Positions 10,057-19,562 of a stretch of 64,000 nt of DNA are shown piece by piece; position 1 is the first letter of the stretch; every line of letters starts with the position of its first letter. The position numbers and the translations under genes are program-made. The notes under the pieces are model-generated. The model made no database searches. It was not told the origin of the DNA and was given only the letters and a program-made list of their open reading frames with translations. The stretch spans positions 15,306 to 79,305 of the forward strand of contig DATJJU010000003.1 in NCBI GenBank assembly GCA_035491955.1. The letters are read 5' to 3'. The DNA comes from Minisyncoccota bacterium (GTDB lineage: Bacteria; Patescibacteriota; Minisyncoccia; Phycocordibacterales; UBA9973).

Positions 10057-10261
10057 ACATTTAGTATACGCTCGCTGACTATCGATACAACCCTCCATTG
10101 TTGGCTGAGGGGAGCACTACCCTGAGATTGTATTAACGTCGCACAATATATCTTTTACGACGTATATATCAAAAATAAAGCTTTATATATAAATATCTGC
10201 AGCGTTTGCGCTGGATCTGAGTTGCTGGTACTATTCCCTAAATTAATCAAAAGGAGGAGCT

Positions 10262-10744
10262 TTGGAACTTCATAAAAAATTCTTTCAAATTGCCGCTCAT
10301 GTGGCCATTCATTCACTTTGTCTTAGAGACAAATGTGGCAGCATACTTGTGCTCAACGAGGACGTGATTGCTAGTGGCTACAACTCACCACCTGGCAATC
10401 ATACTGATGACCGTAAATGCGAGTATCAGTTCCCTCTTGATCGACTAAAACCGAAGACTGACTGTACTTGCTGTATGCACGCTGAGCAGCGTGCCATCAT
10501 GCATGCCTTGAAGTCTGGCAAAGATATCAGAGGCAGTACCTTATACTTCACTCGCGTCGACAAAGACGGCGAGATCGAATATTCTGGTGATCCATATTGT
10601 ACGGTTTGCAGCCGCATGGCCTATGACGCTGGTATTGCATACTGGGTGCTGTGGCATGAGTCAGGCATCAAAGTATACTCGGCAAAAGAGATCTATGACC
10701 TCACCTACGAGTTTCAGAAAAAATCAAAAGGAAGGCATGCTTGA
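10262..10744 (+). CDS. dCMP/cytidine deaminase family protein
   Basis: GYN, HAE and PxCxxC zinc motifs; TTG start after AAGGAGG. Confidence 0.85.
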   Translation: MELHKKFFQIAAHVAIHSLCLRDKCGSILVLNEDVIASGYNSPPGNHTDDRKCEYQFPLDRLKPKTDCTCCMHAEQRAIMHALKSGKDIRGSTLYFTRVDKDGEIEYSGDPYCTVCSRMAYDAGIAYWVLWHESGIKVYSAKEIYDLTYEFQKKSKGRHA

Positions 10745-10764
10745 ATTGCAAACGCTTCATCGAA

Positions 10765-10798
10765 AAACCCCCAATAAGTCTAACGACATTGGGGGTTT
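10765..10798. terminator. Terminator between convergent genes
   Basis: AAACCCCCAAT...ATTGGGGGTTT. Confidence 0.65.
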
Positions 10799-10812
10799 AT
10801 TAAATTAACTTC

Positions 10813-11520
10813 CTATTTTTTAACTAGTGCTTTCGGAAACTCACGAAGGAGTATGTAGCACATTGTAGTAATCATCATCGCTTGGAAGTTCAGAGGATTT
10901 TCCATGACCTGAAGTTCCCATCTAGTGTCTTTTGCAATAGAGAGAGCATGAACGCTCCCGACGACTATAAATATGTTCTTATAATCATTCTGATACTGTC
11001 GAGCACGATCAATGAAGAAACTGTCTGTTTTATTTTCAATCTCAAGAAGTTCCTGGCACAATTTAATTGTTTCCGGAGAAGAATCTACATTGAGAGAAAA
11101 GTCGCATTGATCATTAAGGATCATGTGCAGGGCTTCCACCATGCTCTCTGGTCGATGAAAACGCATCTGATTGATGTATTCCTTACCAAGTTTCTGCAGT
11201 CTCTGCAGCTGGTTTCCGTACTGTAAGAATCGAGAAGGATTGAATGAATTTCTGTAATCAGAAAGCAGTATGTCAGGAGTATATCCATTACTAGCAAGGA
11301 GGGGCGAAATTTTCGCAAGCTTCTTCACATAGTTAGGATGGCTAGATTTTACAACCGTACTGTCGAGCTGCCCCTCGCTTATGATAAGCGTATGGGAGTC
11401 AATCATCTTCCCATAGCGAGCCATAAACAGTACATCTGCTTGTTCGCTCAGGATGTTTCTTTGATACATAGCGTCAAAGCTCTCGGAGTGAGCGGTACCA
11501 ATGATTTTTATAGTGGCCAT
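10813..11520 (-). CDS. Hypothetical protein, possibly TraB/GumN (TIKI)-like fold
   Basis: 235-aa ORF; IIGTAH, SEG, VVGSVH. Confidence 0.55.
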   Translation of the reverse strand: MATIKIIGTAHSESFDAMYQRNILSEQADVLFMARYGKMIDSHTLIISEGQLDSTVVKSSHPNYVKKLAKISPLLASNGYTPDILLSDYRNSFNPSRFLQYGNQLQRLQKLGKEYINQMRFHRPESMVEALHMILNDQCDFSLNVDSSPETIKLCQELLEIENKTDSFFIDRARQYQNDYKNIFIVVGSVHALSIAKDTRWELQVMENPLNFQAMMITTMCYILLREFPKALVKK

Positions 11521-11613
11521 ATAAAGTGCTGTTTGTTTCCTACTACTCTACCCTATTTCTTGACAAAGTCAAGAAATGATGTAATATAATAAAAAATTAA
11601 AACAAAGAAATAA

Positions 11614-12063
11614 ATGGGACCTTCAAAAGAACTTGAAGCTGCAGCAGAAAATACTGTAGCTTACTCTCAGGAAAGCTTAATTAAATGGCTTCTGGTTTTT
11701 CAAAAAATAGGAGTTGATGCTGGCTTTACCTCTTCACAGATAGTAAGGAGATCAAAAGAGAATACTTCTTTTGATCTGGATATCGACAACGATACAATAT
11801 TTAATATTCATTCGGATATTACGCCCGAAGCGGATACTACTGTATTCGTCGTAATTAATTTTAAAGACAAGAACGTCGCTGAAATTGGTAAAGAAGTCTA
11901 TAACTTTGATAACGAAAGTGGTGCACCAGAAGATCTGCTTCAGAAAATTTCCCCCACCCTTGGTTTCAAAGGCACATGGGAGGAAGTAACGAGGAAATGG
12001 ATTGAGTTGAAAGCAATCGTTGCTGCAAACTCCAACATTCCTCCTGTACCAGACGATTTATAG
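11614..12063 (+). CDS. Hypothetical protein
   Basis: ORF with TTGACA promoter, A-rich leader and terminator at 12088-12120. Confidence 0.65.
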   Translation: MGPSKELEAAAENTVAYSQESLIKWLLVFQKIGVDAGFTSSQIVRRSKENTSFDLDIDNDTIFNIHSDITPEADTTVFVVINFKDKNVAEIGKEVYNFDNESGAPEDLLQKISPTLGFKGTWEEVTRKWIELKAIVAANSNIPPVPDDL

Positions 12064-12210
12064 TCGTACGTTAGGGGTTTAAATTGTAAAACAGCTTGAT
12101 ATCACATCAAGCTGTTTTTTATTGTACAATCTTAGGGAATGTTAATTTTATACGGACCCCCCTCTCTGAGCCTCGGCCGTGGCAATAAGAGAGGGTTTTT
12201 GTATTGGCAA

Positions 12211-13485
12211 TCAGGCTGGAATCGATAAAATTTTTTCTGCCACTTCTTTTCCGCTTGCCAGAGCTCCTTCTACGGTGGCGATCTCTTTGCCTGTGTAGAG
12301 TGCTTCGCCGGCAAAAAATAATTTGTCTTGAATTGATTCAAGTAGGATATCTGCTGACTCTTTATATCCTACTGTGGGATAGCTATACGCACCTTGCGTG
12401 TACGGATCTGCGGCCCAGTTCATGACCTTGCTTGCAACAAGCTCATTTTGCAGCATTTCTTTTTCTAGGCTAAATGTCTTTGCAAGGCATGTCAGCGCAA
12501 TATCAAGAATCTCTTCATCAGAGCTTTCTTTGAATTGCCATACTTTCGGGCCAGCGAACCATCCTGTGATGATTGGTATATCGTGAGGATACTGCGTCCA
12601 CCAAGTGCTCATTAGTTCGTTTGAAATGATCATTTGCATGTCTTTGTACTCGCCATTGTTCAGCGGTTTCCAAAACTCAGTTTTAAATTTCAAAAACATT
12701 TTTATAGCAGGACCAAAACCCATTGCATCTATGGCAGCCATTTTTTCAGGAATAGCGGGAGTGAAAGAAATAGTTTTTATGATCGGCAATGCTACAGTCA
12801 CAATAACTTTTTCGGCTTCATACGCAGCTCCTGTTTTGGTATGTATAGCCACCCCTTGATCAGTCATTTCAATGCCGGTAACTTCTGTATTGAGCACTAT
12901 CTCTGTGCCCTGCTTCTTACATTCTGATTCAAGGAAAGCGACCATAGCGCCGTAGCCTTCCATAACACGACCTTGCTCCCATCCTTCTTCATTTGCCCAT
13001 TCGTCACGGATAGCAAGCGCGCTGATGCGATCCAAATCACCAGCATCGTAGCCTTCGATCATTCGTGTCACGTCATTGCGGAGGACCTCGTATTTTTCAT
13101 CGCTAAAGTAAGCAGAGATAAATTCGCTCATAGAAATATCCTCAGTAAGCGTACTGAGCTTTTCAGTAAAAGCCCCCTTTTCAACTTCCAGAAAGTCATT
13201 CTTCTTAGGAGAGCCGCTGTGCACGCTCCAATAGTCTCCTTCTACAGGCACAACGTGCATATTTGCTTCTGCGAGCAATGCTCTGGTCACTGCTCCATTG
13301 CCATGCACAAACTCAGCAGCTCCTTCCAATGGGTAACCTAGCATCTCTTCACTAATAGGCGCAATACGTCCACCAACTCTGTCTCTAGCTTCTAAAACGA
13401 GTATCTTCTTTCCATTTTTCCCTAATTCCCTTGCTGCCATCAATCCTGATGCTCCTGCACCAATAACGATAATGTCTGATTTCAT
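12211..13485 (-). CDS. Flavin monoamine oxidase family FAD-dependent oxidoreductase
   Basis: IGAGASGLMAA, LEARDRVGGR, W..DPY..GAYS, FAGEA, VEGALASG. Confidence 0.9.
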   Translation of the reverse strand: MKSDIIVIGAGASGLMAARELGKNGKKILVLEARDRVGGRIAPISEEMLGYPLEGAAEFVHGNGAVTRALLAEANMHVVPVEGDYWSVHSGSPKKNDFLEVEKGAFTEKLSTLTEDISMSEFISAYFSDEKYEVLRNDVTRMIEGYDAGDLDRISALAIRDEWANEEGWEQGRVMEGYGAMVAFLESECKKQGTEIVLNTEVTGIEMTDQGVAIHTKTGAAYEAEKVIVTVALPIIKTISFTPAIPEKMAAIDAMGFGPAIKMFLKFKTEFWKPLNNGEYKDMQMIISNELMSTWWTQYPHDIPIITGWFAGPKVWQFKESSDEEILDIALTCLAKTFSLEKEMLQNELVASKVMNWAADPYTQGAYSYPTVGYKESADILLESIQDKLFFAGEALYTGKEIATVEGALASGKEVAEKILSIPA

Positions 13486-13590
13486 AGTCATAGTATATCA
13501 GCTTCCTGCGGTAGATAGACTTTTGACTCAAAGCGGTTTGACAATATCATTTATATATTGTAATTTAGATAAAACTTAAATCATTAAAAA

Positions 13591-13788
13591 ATGACAAATA
13601 CAGATGCATTCTTTCTGAGCACGTTGGGGAGATGTATCATTGGCATCCCTTGTGCAATACTCTGCATATATTTTATCTTTGATTTAGTCTTGCATAAAAA
13701 TGTAATTTCTAAAGCAATTAAATACTATGTATTCGGACAACGAAAAGTAGATGTAAAAAACTTAGAAACATACAGTCTTAATCATTAG
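13591..13788 (+). CDS. TM-containing ORF; probable N-terminal part of a frameshifted methyltransferase
   Basis: Promoter and leader present; tail NLETYSL reads on into the next frame after a +1 shift. Confidence 0.5.
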   Translation: MTNTDAFFLSTLGRCIIGIPCAILCIYFIFDLVLHKNVISKAIKYYVFGQRKVDVKNLETYSLNH

Positions 13789-14413
13789 CGATTACAAACA
13801 ATCGATTCACTCTGATGATATTGACCTTCCCTACTTGCTACGGTTTCTTACGTATATAACTCCCGGTTCAACTGTTTTGGACTATGGATGCGGTGCAGGA
13901 AATCTCTCTCATACACTATGGGAGCGCGGTTTTAAACCATTAGGATCTGATGTCTCGGAAAGCTTCATTTCTTTGGCACGTGAGACATATCCTGAGATAG
14001 GTTTCTTAAAAGCTACAAGTAAAGATTTGTTCAAAATGGGATTGCGATTTGATGCAATTGTTTGTGCATACTCAGTGATTCATCTGAGTCCTTATATGTT
14101 GCAATATGCTCTTCTGGACTTTAAAAAGCTTATTAATAGAGATGGGTATCTGTATCTTTCTTTGCAAAATAGTCTAGATGATCAAGATGGGTATACATGG
14201 GAAAAACATTCGATTCCATATAGACCTGAGATGAATCTCTGGATCAACACATTCACAGCATTTGATATTAAATATCTTTTAGTACATTATGGGTTTGAGG
14301 TTATTGATATTTCCTTTCGGGATCCTGTTGAAAACGAGTTCCCTTTTAGGAAGATGTTTGTAATTGCAAAAAACAACAATACTAAGCCTTCTATCGGATC
14401 GTTTTATTTTTAA
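13781..14413 (+). CDS. Class I SAM-dependent methyltransferase (start uncertain, possible frameshift)
   Basis: VLDYGCGAG, FDAIV...SVIHL; frame open from 13766 with no ATG before motif I. Confidence 0.8.
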   Translation: MISDYKQSIHSDDIDLPYLLRFLTYITPGSTVLDYGCGAGNLSHTLWERGFKPLGSDVSESFISLARETYPEIGFLKATSKDLFKMGLRFDAIVCAYSVIHLSPYMLQYALLDFKKLINRDGYLYLSLQNSLDDQDGYTWEKHSIPYRPEMNLWINTFTAFDIKYLLVHYGFEVIDISFRDPVENEFPFRKMFVIAKNNNTKPSIGSFYF

Positions 14414-14447
14414 TTGACAAATAAAAGTAAAAAGCTAACATGTGATC

Positions 14448-14585
14448 AGTTTAGAGTTATTCAAACTTTGTTACGGAAAAAGGATCCATCCGTATGGAGT
14501 TGCTCAGGCACGAATAATAAAGAATAGTTCTCACACTACGGTGACCAGAGAATGCCCCGACCAAGGTCGGGGTTTGTTTTTTTGT
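14448..14585 (+). ncRNA. Candidate structured small RNA A
   Basis: TTGACA-16-TAACAT promoter, nested stems, C(UACG)G loop, GC hairpin plus T-tract. Confidence 0.5.
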
Positions 14586-14624
14586 TCACAGGATGAATCT
14601 TTGATTTATTTGATACACTATTAA

Positions 14625-14706
14625 TGAAGGGCAAATAAGTGCCTCAGTTTAATATTATTAAGTATCTGTGATAAGACGGATGGCGCGAGGCTTTCCGTCT
14701 TTTTTA
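14625..14706 (+). ncRNA. Candidate small RNA B
   Basis: TGnTACACT extended -10, short hairpin, terminator AAGACGGA...TCCGTCTT. Confidence 0.35.
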
Positions 14707-14745
14707 TTTGCCGATTTTATGTATAATCCTCTCAAATCGATTGTT

Positions 14746-15153
14746 ATGACAACACAAAACTTTGAAGTTCATCTAAAGGATCCTCTTTTTGATAGGATAT
14801 TGAAAAAGGGATTTATTCCTTCCGGCCTTACGCTTGAGTCGTCTTATGAACAATATGTCGAGAAGGCAAAAGAGTTTCTACAGACTATGACGGAAGAAGA
14901 AAAGAAGATGGTGCCACCAGTGCAAGGTCACTGGGATACCTGTACGCTGGAATTCTCAATTCCTGATGGTTCTGAGACTCGATTGTTTGAACTCGGCTTT
15001 AGGAATTTCTTCATGGCTTTAATGAATACCATTACCGGCTATAAGTTTGACCCCAATCCTCCTGGTCCTGAAAGAAAACCTGGATTGCTAGGGAGAAATC
15101 TTCTTGCAAGTTTGCATGAAAATGAAAATAGGTTTCCAAAACGGTACTGGTAA
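14746..15153 (+). CDS. Hypothetical protein
   Basis: ORF with TATAAT upstream and a terminator at about 15192-15233. Confidence 0.6.
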   Translation: MTTQNFEVHLKDPLFDRILKKGFIPSGLTLESSYEQYVEKAKEFLQTMTEEEKKMVPPVQGHWDTCTLEFSIPDGSETRLFELGFRNFFMALMNTITGYKFDPNPPGPERKPGLLGRNLLASLHENENRFPKRYW

Positions 15154-15231
15154 GTGTATACTCTATTCGGGATTGTTTTAATTGATTAGTTCCTCCGGCC
15201 CTCAGTGTTCCAGACTGAAGCCGGAGGTTTT

Positions 15232-16707
15232 TTATTGTTCGTTCAAAGCCTTTCTTGTTTGCGGACCAACGACGCCGATAGCAACAATATGCTGAGCTTT
15301 TTGATATTTGATGACGGCGGCTTTGGTGGCAGGACCAAAAAGGTCGGTTTCGTGATTGAGTGAGCCAGGACCGGTAGCAGCAACTGAAAATCCATGAGTA
15401 TTGAGGAAGTGCTGAAGCTCCTGTACTTCAGAGTTTTTTGAACCAAGGGAAAGAGTAAGTGTGAACATCAACGCGACTGGCGGAGTGGTAATCGGAGTTG
15501 CGATCACTGGTGGCGTAGCGACTGGCGTGGCATAGGTGCAGCCTTTTGTCACATTCACGCCAGGAAATGACCCTTGATAGTTGGTTGCATTTGGGTCAGT
15601 ACAAAACCATGCTGATCCGCCGCTAATTCCCCCTTGCGAAGCGACCACAGGCACGGTCGCAGGCGGCGGTGTACACGCAGAAGTAGTAAATGAAGTAGAG
15701 CTTGTGTCAAATAAGTTGTTGTTTGTCGTTGAAAATTCTTCAGCATAGTAGTGCGTGCCGCACACAAGATCAGTGGCGGTCAATGAGTATGTTCCATCAG
15801 AAAAACCGCTGCCATTAAAGTCTGTCACAGCGTCAAAATCTGAAAATGACGGATCGGTTGAGTATAGAAAGCCACGAGTGGTAACAGGACTTGTACCTAC
15901 AGATAATGTGCCATGAAAGGTCGCAGCGGTTTGCTGAATGCCGTCAATACTATCAAGGGTCATGTATTGGCCGATGATGGGAACATCAGCCAGCGTTGCC
16001 ACTTCCGTAGGATTCAAGACTCTGTTGTATAGGCGAACTTCATCAAGCGTGCCGATAAAATAATTATCATTATCATCACCAGAGCTGCCAAAATGAAAGT
16101 TTCCTACATTTGATCCGATAGTAGGACCTGTCCATGTATTAGTTCCTGCTAGTTCTCCATTTACATAAAGTGAAAATGTATAAGCACCATTGGCATAATG
16201 CCATGTCATTGCCAGATGGCTCCACTGGTTTTGGGTAATGGTTGGCCCCACTATTGCTACTTCATGGCTATTATCGGCATTTATTATGGCGCGCCAGGTT
16301 CCTGGTGAGCCATTCCCTCCTTCGTCGATAAGCATGTAGCCGCTTCCGATTATTTTCCAGCCCATTGGACTAATCCAATCGCTATACGCAGTAGGATACA
16401 CCCAGGCTGACATAGTGCCATCACCAGGGAAACTGCCCACTCCTGTATCAGCCGTTTGTCCGCTGCCATTAAATGATAGTCCTCCATTGGTGTGGCCTGT
16501 TGTCCATGTTGGTCCTCCTACGAGAAGTGCATTGGCACCTCTCGGGCTATCGTTAGCAATAAAACCGCTCCCATCATCAAGATTCCAGTAGTCGGTAAGG
16601 TTGCTGGTAATGTCAGCTGCATGTGCTGTCAACAAAGATTGTGTAAACGATAAAAAGAATACAGCAAAAATAATTGACGCAATACGCAAAGACGAAAACC
16701 TTTTCAT
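15232..16707 (-). CDS. Secreted LamG-like, FN3-like and peptidoglycan-binding protein
   Basis: AHA signal peptide; W.HLA.TW, LYVNG, F.GTLDEVRLYNR; CTDPNATNY; LQ.FLN..G, FGPATKAAV..YQ. Confidence 0.85.
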   Translation of the reverse strand: MKRFSSLRIASIIFAVFFLSFTQSLLTAHAADITSNLTDYWNLDDGSGFIANDSPRGANALLVGGPTWTTGHTNGGLSFNGSGQTADTGVGSFPGDGTMSAWVYPTAYSDWISPMGWKIIGSGYMLIDEGGNGSPGTWRAIINADNSHEVAIVGPTITQNQWSHLAMTWHYANGAYTFSLYVNGELAGTNTWTGPTIGSNVGNFHFGSSGDDNDNYFIGTLDEVRLYNRVLNPTEVATLADVPIIGQYMTLDSIDGIQQTAATFHGTLSVGTSPVTTRGFLYSTDPSFSDFDAVTDFNGSGFSDGTYSLTATDLVCGTHYYAEEFSTTNNNLFDTSSTSFTTSACTPPPATVPVVASQGGISGGSAWFCTDPNATNYQGSFPGVNVTKGCTYATPVATPPVIATPITTPPVALMFTLTLSLGSKNSEVQELQHFLNTHGFSVAATGPGSLNHETDLFGPATKAAVIKYQKAQHIVAIGVVGPQTRKALNEQ

Positions 16708-16772
16708 GTTTCAATAGTATATCTTATTTTTATTTTTCTTTACAATTATTTTGATAGGTATACACTTAATAA

Positions 16773-16853
16773 AGATTTCTCATCGTAAGATGAAAGCTGT
16801 TTTTCATAGGTAGATGTAAAAGCGCCCGATCGCAAGGATCACGGCGCTTTTTT
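16773..16853 (+). ncRNA. Candidate small RNA C
   Basis: TTTACA-16-TACACT promoter, GTAA- and GCAA-capped hairpins, T-tract; no ORF. Confidence 0.4.
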
Positions 16854-16980
16854 ACTTCTGAGCAATAAGCACTACGTCTCGTTCTACTCTATCGACGATT
16901 GATCTATTTATATCACAAAATAAAAAACCGGCCCACTTTCGTGAACCGGCCCCCCTAGAAACATCACACAAACATCTTCT

Positions 16981-17691
16981 TCATTTTATCTTGCAAGTAA
17001 ATCCAAGCGTAAATGCATGAACCGCTGTCACATGTGGAGCGTTGATGTCATTTGTAAACTGACATGCAACATATACTCCTGATTTGTGAGTCAACGAAGC
17101 ACTGATCGAACGAGCAAAGCCTTGTGTTCCATCGGAATAATCCAGATAGAAAAGATTAGCTGTTGCTGAAATCGTATATGTGCTGCCGAGTTGCTGACTG
17201 CGAGTATATTGGAAACTTGTATAAGTTCCCGCTATACCGTCGCTCAGCGGAATCGCTTTGGTATACCATGATTCAAGATCAAAGGCATTTTTGGGATCCA
17301 TAGTGAATCGCATCTGCAGTTTGGTAGTCGGATACGGTACGCTCATGGTTTTACCATTTGCTTGTTGTACGAATATCAGAGACCAGTCTATGGCTGCACT
17401 GGCTATCCAACGCCCAGCGGTATCGAGCTTGAGGTTGCCCTGAAGCCACGTATCGCCAAACCACCCTTGACCGTTTGTGAGGTCGATCCCAAGATCGGGA
17501 TTGGCCTCCAAACTGAATCGTTTGGTAGAAATGATGTTGCCATCAAATGCAAGAAATGCTGCCGGCTTGCCAAGCTTGAATGCTGGCACCGGAGCTAATC
17601 CGTTAGAAGTTACAAATGCGGTGATGCTTTGTGCTTTCGCAAAGCTCACAATACTTACCAAGATGATAAGTGTGAGGAATCCTTTTTTCAT
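16981..17691 (-). CDS. Secreted beta-strand-rich protein, possible beta-barrel
   Basis: Signal peptide ending AKA-Q; alternating hydrophobic/polar strands with aromatic residues. Confidence 0.6.
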   Translation of the reverse strand: MKKGFLTLIILVSIVSFAKAQSITAFVTSNGLAPVPAFKLGKPAAFLAFDGNIISTKRFSLEANPDLGIDLTNGQGWFGDTWLQGNLKLDTAGRWIASAAIDWSLIFVQQANGKTMSVPYPTTKLQMRFTMDPKNAFDLESWYTKAIPLSDGIAGTYTSFQYTRSQQLGSTYTISATANLFYLDYSDGTQGFARSISASLTHKSGVYVACQFTNDINAPHVTAVHAFTLGFTCKIK

Positions 17692-17720
17692 TACTATTCT
17701 TTTAAGGTTTTGATACTACA

Positions 17721-18881
17721 TTACTTACTGTTTTTCTTCGGTAAAAAAGTAGTAGTCCTTAATGGAATAGGTTCCACTAATTGTGGGAACCCGCGTAATA
17801 ACGATAATGAACATTCTTTAAGCCATTGCGTAGTGACCCGTGCGTAATACACGAGTCCGGTGGCGCAGTCATCAACCCATGCCTCAATCGGTATGAATGG
17901 AGCGTGGTGTGTATATGTGCATGATACAGCCCCGCAGTCCTGACCGTAATGATCGTGCTGGGTTGTTACTACCCGTATTGCTTCCCTCTTGTCGCGATAT
18001 ACGTGATACGTACTGGCCAAGCATGGAATACAACGAAGGATAATAGTAATGCATACTGCAACTAGAAATGAATGATGAATAATCTTTTGCTCAAGCTTCA
18101 GCATACTGTGAAGCTCAGCTTTTGTTATCATTCCTTTTGCAAAGCGTGATAGCTGAGCGAGTTCGTCTTTAGAGAGAATTGAAAGGAAGTCTTTCTTCCT
18201 TATTCTAACTGCACTCTCCATCTCTACTGTTCTCCACCATTGAATGGTAGATATAAGCAGTATCAGAGGGTGAAATGCGACAGCAAGCATGAAGCCGATT
18301 GGACTTCTCATTCGTAGTTTTCGAAGATCTGAGTCTTCGTATAACCATAAAAGAAAAAGTATCACTACAGCTGGAAGCATTTTGAGGTAGAGGTGTAAGA
18401 ACCATTTTCGCACAAGCTTCCAATCAATAGATTCTTCTTTTTTGTGTTCTCTGTATTCAGGAAATAAATTCGCCCGAGCTTTGACAACATCGTCATAAGA
18501 ATATCCACCAGTTTTAATACTTTTATTCATCAATCCTAGTAGTGTCTCAAAATTTGAAATTCCCATAGTGTAGCCACGCTGTTCTCTAAACGTAATAACT
18601 CGTTTCATATCGCCAAAATAGTCATAAGGAGAATATAATCCACCGTGTGCTACTTTTGCACTCGCTTTGTCTACAAGCTGGTCATAATACGCATTCACTT
18701 TCATCCATTGTTCGTTGTCATCTTCCTTAGATATTTTTTCTTTTGGAATATACGCATGATCATAGATGTTGTTTTTTGATTTGTCGGTGTTAAGGAAAAT
18801 AATTCCTGAAATAACACCGGTGCTAAATAAAAAATAGAACCAAAATCCTATTTTGTACAACACGATAAGTGCTTTTTTCAT
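17721..18881 (-). CDS. Hypothetical multi-TM membrane protein
   Basis: About 4 hydrophobic segments; GGAG upstream; TTGACA promoter. Confidence 0.7.
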   Translation of the reverse strand: MKKALIVLYKIGFWFYFLFSTGVISGIIFLNTDKSKNNIYDHAYIPKEKISKEDDNEQWMKVNAYYDQLVDKASAKVAHGGLYSPYDYFGDMKRVITFREQRGYTMGISNFETLLGLMNKSIKTGGYSYDDVVKARANLFPEYREHKKEESIDWKLVRKWFLHLYLKMLPAVVILFLLWLYEDSDLRKLRMRSPIGFMLAVAFHPLILLISTIQWWRTVEMESAVRIRKKDFLSILSKDELAQLSRFAKGMITKAELHSMLKLEQKIIHHSFLVAVCITIILRCIPCLASTYHVYRDKREAIRVVTTQHDHYGQDCGAVSCTYTHHAPFIPIEAWVDDCATGLVYYARVTTQWLKECSLSLLRGFPQLVEPIPLRTTTFLPKKNSK

Positions 18882-19033
18882 GATTATTTCCTCCGATTTT
18901 TTAATTAAACATTTGGTATGCTTATAGCATAAAATATTTGACTTGTCAATCAATACGTGTTATGGCACAAGCTTAAATCCCGAGTACTTTTTTGAACAAA
19001 CCCCTACTGACCAAATGGTAGTAGGGGTTTTGT

Positions 19034-19492
19034 TTATTCCTGATTAAATGCTTTTTCTAAATCAGCGATGATGATCTTGCCCATCTTGAGCATGGCTTGA
19101 GTAGCGCGGTCAGCCTTTGCTCTATCGGGATCTTGGATCATTTCCATGAGTCTGACAGGAATGATCTGCCATGATACGCCAAACTTATCTTTGACCCAGC
19201 CGCACTGACTCTCCGCTCCCCCTTCAGAAAGCTTTTCCCAAAGGTAGTCTACGTCTTCCTGAGTTTCGCAATCAATAAATAATGAAGCTGCTTCAGTAAA
19301 CTTGAAGTATGGGCCGCCGTTAAAGGCACGGATTTCTTGCCCGTACAATTCAAAGGTCGCCATGCCGACTTTGCCGTCCGGACCTTTTGGTGCGCTAATA
19401 ACCTTAAGCTCTTTAAAAACTGATCCATAGAACTCCAGCACTTCGCCCAAGTCATGGTCGTACATAAGAAACGGTGTAACTTTTTTAATCAT
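19034..19492 (-). CDS. VOC/PhnB-like protein (3-demethylubiquinone-9 3-methyltransferase family)
   Basis: NGGPYFKF, CGWVKDKFGVSWQI, AMLKMGKI. Confidence 0.92.
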   Translation of the reverse strand: MIKKVTPFLMYDHDLGEVLEFYGSVFKELKVISAPKGPDGKVGMATFELYGQEIRAFNGGPYFKFTEAASLFIDCETQEDVDYLWEKLSEGGAESQCGWVKDKFGVSWQIIPVRLMEMIQDPDRAKADRATQAMLKMGKIIIADLEKAFNQE

Positions 19493-19562
19493 ATGATAAG
19501 TATAGCACTATAAAAGCCACGACTTAAAATCGCGGCTTTGCTGTTTTACGGTCCATCATTAT

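Noticed and set aside
10085-10135. Structured segment with GGGGAGC..CTGAGA resembling a TPP or SAH riboswitch
   Set aside because: The downstream TPP core (ACCTGAT) and the SAH 3' motif are absent; function left unassigned
10262-10744. Anti-phage dCTP deaminase
   Set aside because: Stand-alone 160-aa deaminase with no kinase domain and no defence context
15134-15233. A sixth small-RNA cassette (TTCCAA-17-TATACT then terminator)
   Set aside because: Equally explained as the 3'UTR and terminator of the 14746 gene
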